From assembly GCA_030267125.1 (NCBI GenBank), contig JAJDJJ010000002.1, positions 29,934-93,933 on the forward strand: a stretch of DNA of 64,000 bases, read 5' to 3'. The position numbers and the translations under genes were made by a program. Of this stretch, positions 36,501-45,242 are shown piece by piece (position 1 is the first letter of the stretch; the number at the start of each line of letters is the position of its first letter). The notes beneath the pieces are model-generated. The model was given only the letters and a program-made list of their open reading frames with translations, did no database searches and was not told the DNA's origin. The DNA comes from Bacteroidales bacterium OttesenSCG-928-B11 (GTDB taxonomy: Bacteria; Bacteroidota; Bacteroidia; Bacteroidales; WCHB1-69).

Positions 36501-38241
36501 TTACACCATTCGTAATTACAATTTAGAACATAACATCCTCGCCAATCTTTCCGGATTTTTTGAATCTGAATCAAAAAGTCTGGAGATCAAAGCAGATATT
36601 GATACGTTGGAATTAGGATTCTTGACCCCATTCTTCAAATCGTTCAGTCAGCGTATTGACGGTAAAGCAAAAGGAGAGCTTGCTTTCTACATCACACCTG
36701 ATTCATCCTACTTAGACGGTACGGTCAAAGTGCTGGATGGTTATCTGGGAATTGCTCCGTTGAACACTGTCTACAAACTTGAGAATCAAGATATCACATT
36801 CAACAGTAAGGGCATTGAATTTCCGGATGTTGAAGTCACTGATGCTGCGGGTAATCGAGCGAGAGTTACAGGCGGGTTATACCATCAGCTATTCAAGAAT
36901 TTCATTTTCGACCTAAATATCAACACGAACCGTTTGTTGGTATTGAGTACGGAAAAGAGCCAAGATGCGGCTTTTTATGGCACCGGTTATGTTTCGGGAA
37001 ATGTAAGCATGCGCGGAAACACAAATTTGCTCCGTTTCAGTGGGACGAATTTAACTACTCTGCCCGGCACCCGGCTTTATCTTCCGGTGATGTTCACCGA
37101 TCGTGTTTCTGAAACGGACGGCATCCGTTTCAAGAGTGCCACACCAATTGCCACAGAGGATGAATCTGAAGAGCAGGGGACGATTATGGATTTCAATTTC
37201 GCATTCGACGTTACAAGAGACGCGGAGATCTTCGTAGAACTTGACCCTGCTATCGGAGGCACACTCAGTGCCCGGACAGAAGGCACCTTGCAAATCCATT
37301 ATAACACCGAAAGTGAATTGACACTTAGGGGATTAGTAACAATTGCTTCGGGAAGTTACCAAATGAGTTTCCGCGACCTATTCCTTAATCTTAACATGCA
37401 ATTAATGGAAGGAGGAACCGTGACTTTCGACGGCGGGATTGCAAATTCCATCATCGACGCGAAAGCACTGCACCGTACCACCGCATCAGTGAATACAATC
37501 GACAAAGAGATGCCCGCAGGTAGAACGCAAGTTAACGCGTACCTGGTTCTTAGCGGAATACTAATGAATCCGGATATTAATTTTGAGTTTGAGTTTCCCA
37601 ACCTCAATTCCGAGGAAAACCTCCGATTGAACACGGCAATGAACTCAGCCAATGTGAATAGTGCCGCAACACAATTTTTCTCACTGGTTTTAACTTCCAA
37701 TTTTCTTAATTCCGGTAATTTAGGAGATGCCGGTTCTACGTATGCAATGGATGCGGGCGCAGAACTGTTTTCAGGGATTTTGAACAACCTCTTTTTTAGT
37801 AATATCGATTTCTTTGATGAATTTGGTGTTAATATCCGCAATAATGATGATAATAAGATGGAGTTAAGTTTCCAAGGGCGAAAAACGATTGACCGGTGGG
37901 TGATCCAAGGCGATATTGGTGTAAGAAATCCGGGCGAAGACGGTACAGGAGGAGATGGAGCAGGTGCAGGGAGCGGTACAGGAAGTCAAAACTACGCGAA
38001 CAATATTATCTCTGATTTTAGTGTGGAATACATGATCAACCGGAATGGAAACCTCAGAGCCAGGGCTTTTGTCAGCTATGGCAACGACGACTTGAATATC
38101 ATTTCCGGTAGTGCTAATAACGAAGCCAAATTTGTCGCCGGCGGCGCATTGATCTTTAAAGTAGACTTCAACAACGGCGCAGACATCAGAAACGCTTTCC
38201 GAAGACAGAAGTCGTTGGAAGAGAATAAGATTAAGAAGTGA
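33589..38241 (+). CDS. tamB: translocation/assembly module TamB-like protein (DUF490 C-terminus)
   Basis: 1550 aa with a single N-terminal TM (VLLSLAALIFVFFLLLTLVFI) and a long beta-rich repetitive body. Divergent from tsaD, as is common in Bacteroidota. Confidence 0.8.
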   Translation: MSTKLKRKINKKTKRVLLSLAALIFVFFLLLTLVFIPPIQNRIIEKVTKTLSENWESDFKIGKIYLTPTLKIAFEDLVINDLEQNPMIRVAKGKTRLKGFNFSPMNLAFHLLELDGAEVLLTKYLGEESINIGLWAKHLKKNDEKSDFKLRADRLVMTDSRFLIHNENTISTGNTGENIDYAFLELNNITFKTKDFQVNRDDISAEITKMSFSQYSGFELLNASAFFRINSNGLMFNKGKIATEHSIIYLDLSFDYDQWGSYSSFTDSVRIKANISPSIVHFSDIARFTQALKGMDQYVVFAGTVNGTINSMLINDFSVFFKETNTVRGSIYMEDITDFKHGYYDVTLRETSVNMYDLTKFLLPGGKNTPIPKELYPLGNTELEVSFKGNFNTFASKIKLNSQLGNATANLDMYETNDRYSFEGKAFSQNFNVGRLIPDNKILGNISFNIALNGYSLLDHNQGFNIEKSYANLTGKVNRFDLFNYPVQDISLNGMLNGKKFDGRIHSADTNVNFTFNGIVDLTNKIPNFKSYISVARFAPEPCLQKYPVSDSAKGLDRAVYLAQQNPDLIFSFDSLELNVRGDQLDNLNGFAGVDGILFSNGKDSIYGERVRLTSITTASGIHRFILTSNFLNATMSTNYQLKRLKESLLTVGNRYFPNIVPVSDVVREETIDTLTGMPIEQYFELSAETFRLKELMDILTPGIQIAPRSTCELYISSLRKDDMFRFSTRRFLFKDKFELYDLDISGHSTSDSVFDFVLSGDSIVIKQKKNNIYFTEPAVKAEIANNTFTYDLHWRNPGNKRKESWLSGYVNASNKDSIEARFLSTSLNINENSWHFNEDHQITIHNAGINFNNLILESGSSTIQAHGLFSFQEKDDLEIKMKNVDLAQFNNFAANFNLGFGGDISAAVRIRNWNGQRLFTGRLLVSDFLFNDSEMGNLFVTAAVPENTNIAFAGGLFDREEPINSATITNYTIRNYNLEHNILANLSGFFESESKSLEIKADIDTLELGFLTPFFKSFSQRIDGKAKGELAFYITPDSSYLDGTVKVLDGYLGIAPLNTVYKLENQDITFNSKGIEFPDVEVTDAAGNRARVTGGLYHQLFKNFIFDLNINTNRLLVLSTEKSQDAAFYGTGYVSGNVSMRGNTNLLRFSGTNLTTLPGTRLYLPVMFTDRVSETDGIRFKSATPIATEDESEEQGTIMDFNFAFDVTRDAEIFVELDPAIGGTLSARTEGTLQIHYNTESELTLRGLVTIASGSYQMSFRDLFLNLNMQLMEGGTVTFDGGIANSIIDAKALHRTTASVNTIDKEMPAGRTQVNAYLVLSGILMNPDINFEFEFPNLNSEENLRLNTAMNSANVNSAATQFFSLVLTSNFLNSGNLGDAGSTYAMDAGAELFSGILNNLFFSNIDFFDEFGVNIRNNDDNKMELSFQGRKTIDRWVIQGDIGVRNPGEDGTGGDGAGAGSGTGSQNYANNIISDFSVEYMINRNGNLRARAFVSYGNDDLNIISGSANNEAKFVAGGALIFKVDFNNGADIRNAFRRQKSLEENKIKK

Positions 38242-38248
38242 TTTTCTT

Positions 38249-39361
38249 CTAATTTCTCTTCCTATAACTCAATATAGCCCAGCCGTTAAAAAACACCGCT
38301 TGCAAGCAGAGCGCGGCAAATTGCGGAAGCATCTCCGTAAATACGGCGCCTTTCAAATAGACCATCCGAGTCACTTGAATGATATATTTCAAAGGACTGA
38401 TATTGCCAATCACTTGTGCCCATTGCGGCATATTGTCAAATGGCGTGAAGAGGCCGCTGAGGAAGATGAAAGTAGTGATGAAGAAAAACATGATGATCAT
38501 CGCTTGCTGAAGTGCGTTGGCATAGTTGGAGACTACCAGCCCCAATCCGCAGAAGGTGAAAGTAAATATGATGGTGAAAGGATAGAGTGTGAGTAATGAG
38601 CCTCGCAGCCAAAATCCATAAAAAAGCCAAGCTACCAAGACACATACATTAACGATAAGAAAGCCAATTACCCAGTAAGGAATTAGTTTGGAGAGAATAA
38701 AAGTCGATTTTTTGACCGGAGTGACATTCATCTGTTCTATAGTGCCGTTTTCCTTCTCTTCCACAATGTTGAGTGCGGGTAGAAATCCCGAGAACATCGC
38801 CAAGATCATCACAATCAACGCCGGAATCATGAAGTAGATATAGCGTAACGTTGGGTTGAACCGAAACGCCGAAAAAACATTGATGTGCGGTGTGGAGAGG
38901 CGTGAGGGGGTTTGTATCCACTCTGCACGGATGTTGTTGTTGAAATCGGTGAGAATACCGGTAAGATAAGAACCTCCCATTCCCCCTTTCATCCCGTCTA
39001 CCGCATTGATAGCTACGAAAACCTGCACATTGCCTTCTTTCACCAAATCCCGTTCAAAATAAGCGGGAATTTCCATGATGAGATCCGAACGATCATCCTC
39101 CACGCTCCGTTGCGCCTCCGCATAATTGGTGAAATTACCCGACAACTGGAAATAAGGCGACGAAAGAACTTTTTCAACCAACTGCCGCGAATAGGGCGAT
39201 TTGTCTTGGTCAATCACTGCGATTTTTAAATCCTTAATATCCAAATTGGCCACCAATGGAAAAATCGCCAGTGCGATAAATGGCAAAAGAGCCACTAACT
39301 TTGGCAAAAACGGATTGCGAAAGAATAGTTTTATTTCTTTTTCAAGAAGATATCGGAGCAT
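38249..39361 (-). CDS. ABC-2 type transporter permease
   Basis: N-terminal LEKEIKLFFRNPFLP, a large extracytoplasmic loop, then 5 C-terminal TMs (YbhS/YbhR-like). Confidence 0.88.
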   Translation of the reverse strand: MLRYLLEKEIKLFFRNPFLPKLVALLPFIALAIFPLVANLDIKDLKIAVIDQDKSPYSRQLVEKVLSSPYFQLSGNFTNYAEAQRSVEDDRSDLIMEIPAYFERDLVKEGNVQVFVAINAVDGMKGGMGGSYLTGILTDFNNNIRAEWIQTPSRLSTPHINVFSAFRFNPTLRYIYFMIPALIVMILAMFSGFLPALNIVEEKENGTIEQMNVTPVKKSTFILSKLIPYWVIGFLIVNVCVLVAWLFYGFWLRGSLLTLYPFTIIFTFTFCGLGLVVSNYANALQQAMIIMFFFITTFIFLSGLFTPFDNMPQWAQVIGNISPLKYIIQVTRMVYLKGAVFTEMLPQFAALCLQAVFFNGWAILSYRKRN

Positions 39362-39420
39362 AGTGAATATTAATGGTTAAAATCTTTGATTATCTGTTAA
39401 ATCTGTGTACTTATCATACG

Positions 39421-40596
39421 TCATTCCAAACGGTTTTTAAATTTCTTAATACTTACTCCCAGCAGTACCACCGCCATACCCAGCAATATCAAAAACTCTT
39501 TAATGATGGCATCGAATCCCGCACCTTTAATCATCACACTTTTGATAGCAGTAATAAACCAACGGGCCGGAACGACACACGAAAACCATTGTAACACTAA
39601 CGGCATATTATTCACCGGAAACAATAATCCCGATAGCATTATAACCGGTAACATCAGTACCATTCCCGAGATAAGCATGGCGACTAACTGCGAATTCACA
39701 AGTGTTGAGATCAGGATGCCAAATGCCAGTGCTACAAAGATGTATAGCAGACACACGGCAATGAGCAACAGAAAGCTTCCTACGAACGGCACTTCTAATA
39801 AAAAATAAGAAAGGAGTAAAATCGAGGTGAGGTTGACGAGCGACAATACAAAGTAGGGAATCGTTTTCGCCAAGATAATGGTGATCGGACGCAATGGCGA
39901 AACTAACAGCACCTCCATCGTGCCCATCTGCTTCTCTTTTACGATAGCAACCGAAGTCATCATGGCACAGATCAGGATCAAAACCAACCCTAACACTCCC
40001 GGTGCGGTGCTGTAAGATCCTTTCATAGTCGGGTTATAGAGCAACCGAAGCTCCGGTGTGATCTGCAACGGTGTTGTTCCCAGATTTTTACTAAGTTCCA
40101 TTTGATACGAAGCAATCAGCATGCCGGCATACGTGTTGAGCATGCTGGCAGTATTGGGATCGGTAGCATCGGCGAGCAGCAAAATCTGCGCTTGACCGGT
40201 GTGCAACATGTTTTCATAAAATTTCTCATTGAAAACTATCGCCATGCCGATTTTACTCTGCTTGAACAGATCATCGATCTCTTGTTCCGTATTAACGCGG
40301 TATGCAATTGTAAAATATTCACTGGTTGCTAATTTATCCACAATTCCTTGGGTAGCAACATCCTTCGAGGGATCTAACACCGCCACTTTCCCATTTTTGA
40401 TCTCCGTTGTAATTCCAAATCCGAAAAGTACCGTCATCAAAACCGGTAATAGCAACAATATCAACGTTGTCCACATATCCCGAAAGATATGTAAGAACTC
40501 TTTGTGGACAAAAGAAGAGAAAGCGGCGAACTTACGATTTTGCCGTCTTCGCTTTCCTTGCCAACATGTGAAAAACTTCATCCATTGTATTTGCAT
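39421..40596 (-). CDS. ABC-2 type transporter permease
   Basis: VHKEFLHIFRDMWTTLILLLLPVLM and the same topology as the neighbour. The start is uncertain (ATG at 40596 or 40581), and either one overlaps the upstream ATPase gene. Confidence 0.85.
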   Translation of the reverse strand: MQIQWMKFFTCWQGKRRRQNRKFAAFSSFVHKEFLHIFRDMWTTLILLLLPVLMTVLFGFGITTEIKNGKVAVLDPSKDVATQGIVDKLATSEYFTIAYRVNTEQEIDDLFKQSKIGMAIVFNEKFYENMLHTGQAQILLLADATDPNTASMLNTYAGMLIASYQMELSKNLGTTPLQITPELRLLYNPTMKGSYSTAPGVLGLVLILICAMMTSVAIVKEKQMGTMEVLLVSPLRPITIILAKTIPYFVLSLVNLTSILLLSYFLLEVPFVGSFLLLIAVCLLYIFVALAFGILISTLVNSQLVAMLISGMVLMLPVIMLSGLLFPVNNMPLVLQWFSCVVPARWFITAIKSVMIKGAGFDAIIKEFLILLGMAVVLLGVSIKKFKNRLE

Positions 40597-41269
40597 TGTA
40601 TTGATATTTCAGATTTTTGGGTGTGTCTAAGGCATCGATCCGGCCATCGACCATGATGGAAACGCGGTTGCAGTATTCGGCTTCGTCCATATAGTGTGTG
40701 GTCACAAAGGCAGTGATCCCACGATCAGCAGCTTGGTAAATCAATTCCCAAAATTGCCGGCGTGTCACGGGATCCACGCCACCTGTCGGTTCGTCCAAAA
40801 AGACGATTTGCGGTTCATGGATGATCGAAACCGAGAATGCCAGTTTCTGTTTCCAACCCAGTGGAAGCTCCTTCACTAGCGTATTCTTTTCCTTTTCGAA
40901 ACCGAGTTGTTCTAATATCATGTCGATCCGTTTCCCGATCTCTTTTCCTTTTATTCCATAAATTCCTGCATAGAGCCGGATATTTTCCCAAACTTTAAGG
41001 TTCTCATACAGCGCAAACTTTTGGCTCATATACCCGATATTCTTCTTGATTTGCTCCGATTGTGTCCTCACATCGAATCCCGCCACGGTTGCCTCTCCCG
41101 AAGTAGGTTTGCTCAACCCACAAAGCATCCGCATTGCCGTAGTCTTCCCTGCGCCATTCGCCCCCAAGAAGCCGAAAATCTCCCCCTTCTGAACCGCAAA
41201 CGTAATGTGATCCACTGCCGTGAAATTACCAAAGGTCTTGGTTAGCTCTGTGGCTTTGATTGTCATCAT
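40532..41269 (-). CDS. ABC transporter ATP-binding protein
   Basis: Walker A GANGAGKTT, signature LPLGWKQKLAF (degenerate LSGG) and Walker B IVFLDEPTGGVD. Confidence 0.92.
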   Translation of the reverse strand: MMTIKATELTKTFGNFTAVDHITFAVQKGEIFGFLGANGAGKTTAMRMLCGLSKPTSGEATVAGFDVRTQSEQIKKNIGYMSQKFALYENLKVWENIRLYAGIYGIKGKEIGKRIDMILEQLGFEKEKNTLVKELPLGWKQKLAFSVSIIHEPQIVFLDEPTGGVDPVTRRQFWELIYQAADRGITAFVTTHYMDEAEYCNRVSIMVDGRIDALDTPKNLKYQYNANTMDEVFHMLARKAKTAKS

Positions 41270-41270
41270 T

Positions 41271-42185
41271 TTAATTCATTTTAGTATTTACTCCCAACTC
41301 CATAAAGCAATCCTCGATTCCTGCAGCAATCTCTTTGATTTCAACTTCTTGATAACCTTTCTCTTCCAACTTCGTTGCCAGTTCTTTTTTCTTGATTTTC
41401 ATCGGATCTACCTTAACGTGGTACGTATCGCCGAAAGTGAAAGCAGTGAGTACTCCCGGTTCCTTTCGGAGATCTTGCAGCAGGGATGACATCCGATCAG
41501 CAGAGACGCCCCATAATGTCCCTTCGAACTGTGCAACGATATTGTCGGGTGTGTCGATTTTCAAAAAGACGCCGTCTTGAATCAGAGCGATGCGATCGCA
41601 AAGACTTGCCTCATCCATATATGGAGTGGAGACAATAATGGTGATACCTTGCTCCTTAAGTCGTCGCAGCATCTGCCATAATTCTTTCCGCGATACGGGA
41701 TCGATACCGGTTGTCGGCTCGTCCAAGAAGAGGATCGTCGGGCGGTGGATCAAGGCGCAGCAAAGTGCCAGTTTCTGTTTCATCCCTCCCGACAAAGCCC
41801 CTGCCCGCCGCTTCTTAAAAGGCTCGATTTGTTGGTAGATATCTTTCACCAAATCGTAATTTTCCTTCACACTCGTATTGAAAACCTTAGCGAAAAAGTT
41901 CAGATTTTCCTCGATCGAAAGATCCTGATACAACGAAAACCGTCCGGGCATATAACCCACTCGGTTGCGAATTTCTCGAAAATCCTTTACCACATCCAAC
42001 CCATCGACGGTTGCTGTTCCCTCATCTGCTAAAATCAATGTTGTCAATATCCGGAATAATGTTGTTTTTCCTGCCCCATCCGGTCCGATAATCCCGAAAA
42101 CTTCAGCTTCTCCTACTTCGAACGAAATGTGGCTCAATGCTTGGACAGTTTTGTATTTCTTACTTATATTATTTGCTTTCAGCAT
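41271..42185 (-). CDS. ABC transporter ATP-binding protein with C-terminal accessory domain
   Basis: Walker A GPDGAGKTT, signature LSGGMKQKL and Walker B ILFLDEPTTGIDP. Has an extra C-terminal domain of about 80 aa. Confidence 0.92.
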   Translation of the reverse strand: MLKANNISKKYKTVQALSHISFEVGEAEVFGIIGPDGAGKTTLFRILTTLILADEGTATVDGLDVVKDFREIRNRVGYMPGRFSLYQDLSIEENLNFFAKVFNTSVKENYDLVKDIYQQIEPFKKRRAGALSGGMKQKLALCCALIHRPTILFLDEPTTGIDPVSRKELWQMLRRLKEQGITIIVSTPYMDEASLCDRIALIQDGVFLKIDTPDNIVAQFEGTLWGVSADRMSSLLQDLRKEPGVLTAFTFGDTYHVKVDPMKIKKKELATKLEEKGYQEVEIKEIAAGIEDCFMELGVNTKMN

Positions 42186-42198
42186 AATAACAAATTCT

Positions 42199-43131
42199 TT
42201 AATGGTCAGTAGGCAACGATGAATTATCAGCTGTCAACTTCACCCCTGCATACATCCCAATCTTTAAATAACCGTCATTTTTCACCCGTATCTTCACTGC
42301 ATACACTAAATTATCCCGCTCATCCCGCGCTTGCACCGTTTTGGGTGTAAACTCGGCTTTCTCAGAAATCCAACTGACAGCGCCTATATACTTGCGGGTA
42401 TTCTCTTCGCCAAAATCGGCAAAAACAGAGACCTCTTGACCCAGTTTGAGTTGCGTGAATTGTGCAGCAGATACGTATGCCCGTAAAATCATATCTTCGG
42501 TATCCGCTACTTTGAAGAGTGCTTTGCCCGGCACAGCGACCTCTCCTTGCTCAGCGTATTTCACCAGTACCGTGCCGGAAATAGGAGTGCTGATATAACA
42601 CTTTTTCAGTTGGTCATCCAATTGGGCGATCTGGATTTCTAACACGCTACTCTCCTCATTGATAGTATAATTCCCACTCTCAATCATTGTACGTTGTGCC
42701 GTCAACTGCCTTTCCAAAATGGCAATCTGTGCATTAATATCATCTAACTGTTTCGTATTGGCAGCATTGGCTCTCAATAACTTCTCCACTCGTTGTTTTT
42801 CTTTGTTGAGTGTAACCAACTGCTCTTCTATGGCGGCCAATTGCGTAGAAACATCGGTTTTGCGACTTTTTACCGCCTTAATATTATTTTTTAACTGTAA
42901 TTTTGAAAGATAGAGCTGCGTGCTATCGATAAATCCCACAATCTGACCTTGCTCCACCACATCGCCCTCAGCCAAATCAAACATCATAATCTTTCCCGAT
43001 GCCTCCGCCGCAACGATGATCTCCGTAGTTTCAAACGTTCCCGATGCATCGTATTGCATTTCATTCCTATTGCAACCCATCGCCACAAAAAACAGAATGG
43101 GAAGGAAGGAAGTTTTAATTATCTTTTTCAT
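42199..43131 (-). CDS. HlyD-family membrane fusion protein (YbhG-like)
   Basis: The ATG at 43131 gives MKKIIKTSFLPILFFVAMGC. Lipoyl-like hairpin, a long coiled coil and a beta-barrel C-terminus. Confidence 0.88.
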   Translation of the reverse strand: MKKIIKTSFLPILFFVAMGCNRNEMQYDASGTFETTEIIVAAEASGKIMMFDLAEGDVVEQGQIVGFIDSTQLYLSKLQLKNNIKAVKSRKTDVSTQLAAIEEQLVTLNKEKQRVEKLLRANAANTKQLDDINAQIAILERQLTAQRTMIESGNYTINEESSVLEIQIAQLDDQLKKCYISTPISGTVLVKYAEQGEVAVPGKALFKVADTEDMILRAYVSAAQFTQLKLGQEVSVFADFGEENTRKYIGAVSWISEKAEFTPKTVQARDERDNLVYAVKIRVKNDGYLKIGMYAGVKLTADNSSLPTDH

Positions 43132-43213
43132 GTTGTATATTGTTTTTTTCACCTGTTTTATCACAAATCTTTAAATCCTTAGTATTTAGATTTACTTCTT
43201 TATTGATCATTAA

Positions 43214-44488
43214 TCATTGATCATTAGTCATTAATTTCCTCTGCCACACGGCATTCAATAACTGTATCTCATGCCAAGCTTTCGTTTGGCGCGCCATGGC
43301 GGTGGCGTGGATGTCGCGCATCAAATCGCTGACACTCATCGTACCGCTCTCCACTTTTACCTCGGAGCTTCGTTGTACACTTTCGCGCAATCGAATGATT
43401 TCATCGTCATTTTGCAACAGATCACGTAGTTTTTCGATCTCATCATCTTTTTGGCTGATCTCTTGATTAAGGTTGAAAAGAAATACTTCCCGTTGCACTT
43501 CCACTTGTGATTTTTGATTTTCCAATAGTCGTTTTTCATCACGATTGGTATAAAATCCGCCGAAATTCCATGCTAATTGCACACCACCAATAAAATAGGG
43601 TGTAAAACCACTCTCAAACATATTCAGTCCCGGATTACCGTAAGCACCCTTGGCGAACAACGCTACCCGCGGCATCCCTTTGCTCCACAGTTGCTCTCCC
43701 TGTATCCGGAAAAGCGAAACTTGCGAATCAAATAATTTCAGTTCCGGCCGGTTAATCTCTTTTTCCGTATCTAATGCTGCCGGTGGTTTTACAAAAGTGG
43801 CCTCTTCAGGAATCTTTTCCCCAATGAAGGCACCCAGCACTTTCAATAACGATTTTTTTGTAGTAGTTATCTCAATATTACGTTGTTGAACCGATAAAAT
43901 TTCAACCTTAATCTCATCTAAATCAGATTGCTGTGCTATCCCATTTTCCATGTAAGAAGCTACTAATATTTGGTTTCGCTCCAATTCTTCCTGTAAGAGC
44001 ACATTTTGTATTAACTGTTCTTTTAACAATAAAATGGAGAAAAAAAGCTGGTTAATTTGTTCATTTAAAGTATAAAAAGTCACTTCCAGATTTTGTTGCT
44101 CGACTTCATGTTGTGCTGCAACCATTTTCTTTTGCATAGTCGTTATTCCACCGTCCCAAACGGTTTGCGATAATTCCGCGGAAAATAGATATTGATCTTG
44201 ACCGGGAAAAGTAATGCTTGCGTCGAGTAGATCCAGCAGTCCTGTGAACGCTTCCGGAAATTCGGTGACATCGGACTGCCAAGTCACTCGTCCTCCGAGA
44301 GAGAATTGCGGAAGGTAAGCTTTATGTATCTGCGCAATATTGTATTTCTTGACCGCATTAATGAGTTCGTATTGCTTGATCAATGGATAGTTAGCCCGTG
44401 CCTTACGCTGACAATCATCTAATGTGACTTGTGCCTGAAGTCTGAAAAGAGAAAGTAGGATAATGGTTAAAAACACTAATTTTTTCAT
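43214..44488 (-). CDS. TolC-family outer membrane efflux protein
   Basis: Signal peptide and two OEP repeats. 424 aa. 4-nt ATGA overlap with the upstream TetR gene. Confidence 0.88.
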   Translation of the reverse strand: MKKLVFLTIILLSLFRLQAQVTLDDCQRKARANYPLIKQYELINAVKKYNIAQIHKAYLPQFSLGGRVTWQSDVTEFPEAFTGLLDLLDASITFPGQDQYLFSAELSQTVWDGGITTMQKKMVAAQHEVEQQNLEVTFYTLNEQINQLFFSILLLKEQLIQNVLLQEELERNQILVASYMENGIAQQSDLDEIKVEILSVQQRNIEITTTKKSLLKVLGAFIGEKIPEEATFVKPPAALDTEKEINRPELKLFDSQVSLFRIQGEQLWSKGMPRVALFAKGAYGNPGLNMFESGFTPYFIGGVQLAWNFGGFYTNRDEKRLLENQKSQVEVQREVFLFNLNQEISQKDDEIEKLRDLLQNDDEIIRLRESVQRSSEVKVESGTMSVSDLMRDIHATAMARQTKAWHEIQLLNAVWQRKLMTNDQ

Positions 44489-45117
44489 GGCTTGGTAATA
44501 TTTTTAAGATAACTCATGATGATCTCCACATTTCGCCCCTTCCTGTCATTTAGAATTTCGCTAAATTGGATGGCTAACGAATCAACACTCGCACCCATAA
44601 TAACTGGTTTAACGATGAAACAGAATACGTTCACCGCAGTAATCGTATATAATAGTTCGAACATGCTCACATTCCGAATATGACCCGCCTTGATTTCTTG
44701 CTGCAATTTGTCATTCAACTGCATGCTCGCATTCAAGATGATTGGGATAATGTTTTCCCGAAAAACCTCAACTCTCGAATCATCAGGAATGATTTCCATA
44801 AGAATGAAACGGGGAAGAGAGGTATTTGCTTTGAAAAACTCAAACTGTGCTTCCACCATATCCTGAATAATCTGTAAAAATGAAGTCTCCTGGTCAGCGG
44901 CAAGACTGAGCGAGTTTGCTAAAAGTGCAACCTTATCATGCAAAACTTTGTTAAAAAGATTCTCTTTTGAACGGAAATAGTAGTTGATAAGGGCGTTATT
45001 TACTCCCGCCTCTTTTGCAATATCGCTGATTTTGGAAGTTTTAAACCCCTTTTCCAGGAAAATTTTCTCAGCCGCTTTCAAGATTTGATCTTCGGTAGAT
45101 TGCTTATTTACAGTCAT
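44485..45117 (-). CDS. TetR/AcrR family transcriptional regulator
   Basis: N-terminal HTH ILKAAEKIFLEKGFKTSKISDIAKEAGVNNALINYYFRSKENLF. Confidence 0.92.
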   Translation of the reverse strand: MTVNKQSTEDQILKAAEKIFLEKGFKTSKISDIAKEAGVNNALINYYFRSKENLFNKVLHDKVALLANSLSLAADQETSFLQIIQDMVEAQFEFFKANTSLPRFILMEIIPDDSRVEVFRENIIPIILNASMQLNDKLQQEIKAGHIRNVSMFELLYTITAVNVFCFIVKPVIMGASVDSLAIQFSEILNDRKGRNVEIIMSYLKNITKP

Positions 45118-45140
45118 TTATTATTATGTTTAATTTCGTA

Positions 45141-45160
45141 TTTTAAATTTAGATTTAAAA
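45141..45160. promoter_or_regulatory. candidate operator palindrome TTTTAAAT-ttag-ATTTAAAA
   Basis: 8-bp inverted arms directly between the -7 box (45163-45170) and the TetR ATG (45117). The AT-only composition lowers confidence. Confidence 0.3.
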
Positions 45161-45162
45161 TG

Positions 45163-45170
45163 CAAATATA
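45163..45170 (-). promoter_or_regulatory. -7 promoter box (TATATTTG on minus strand) for the TetR-efflux operon
   Basis: Perfect TAnnTTTG 45 nt upstream of the TetR ATG. Confidence 0.45.
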
Positions 45171-45222
45171 AAAAAAGTGACGAGAGATAAGTGATAAAAT
45201 TCTTATCAAATATTCTCGTCAC
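45170..45222 (-). terminator. rho-independent terminator of the CotH gene
   Basis: Outer stem GTGACGAGA (45177-45185) / TCTCGTCAC (45214-45222) with inner stem GATAAG/CTTATC. On the minus strand it is followed by 7 T (45170-45176). Confidence 0.7.
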
Positions 45223-45242
45223 GTATCACTCGTCACTTGACA

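Noticed and set aside
37356-37841. 161-aa minus-strand ORF inside tamB
   Set aside because: A shadow ORF with low-complexity Ser/Pro-rich translation and no independent signals.
37900-37990. Gly-rich stretch (GEDGTGGDGAGAGSGTGS) in tamB as a possible repeat or insertion
   Set aside because: It is a short in-frame low-complexity linker near the C-terminal domain, and the nucleotide sequence is not repeated elsewhere in the window.
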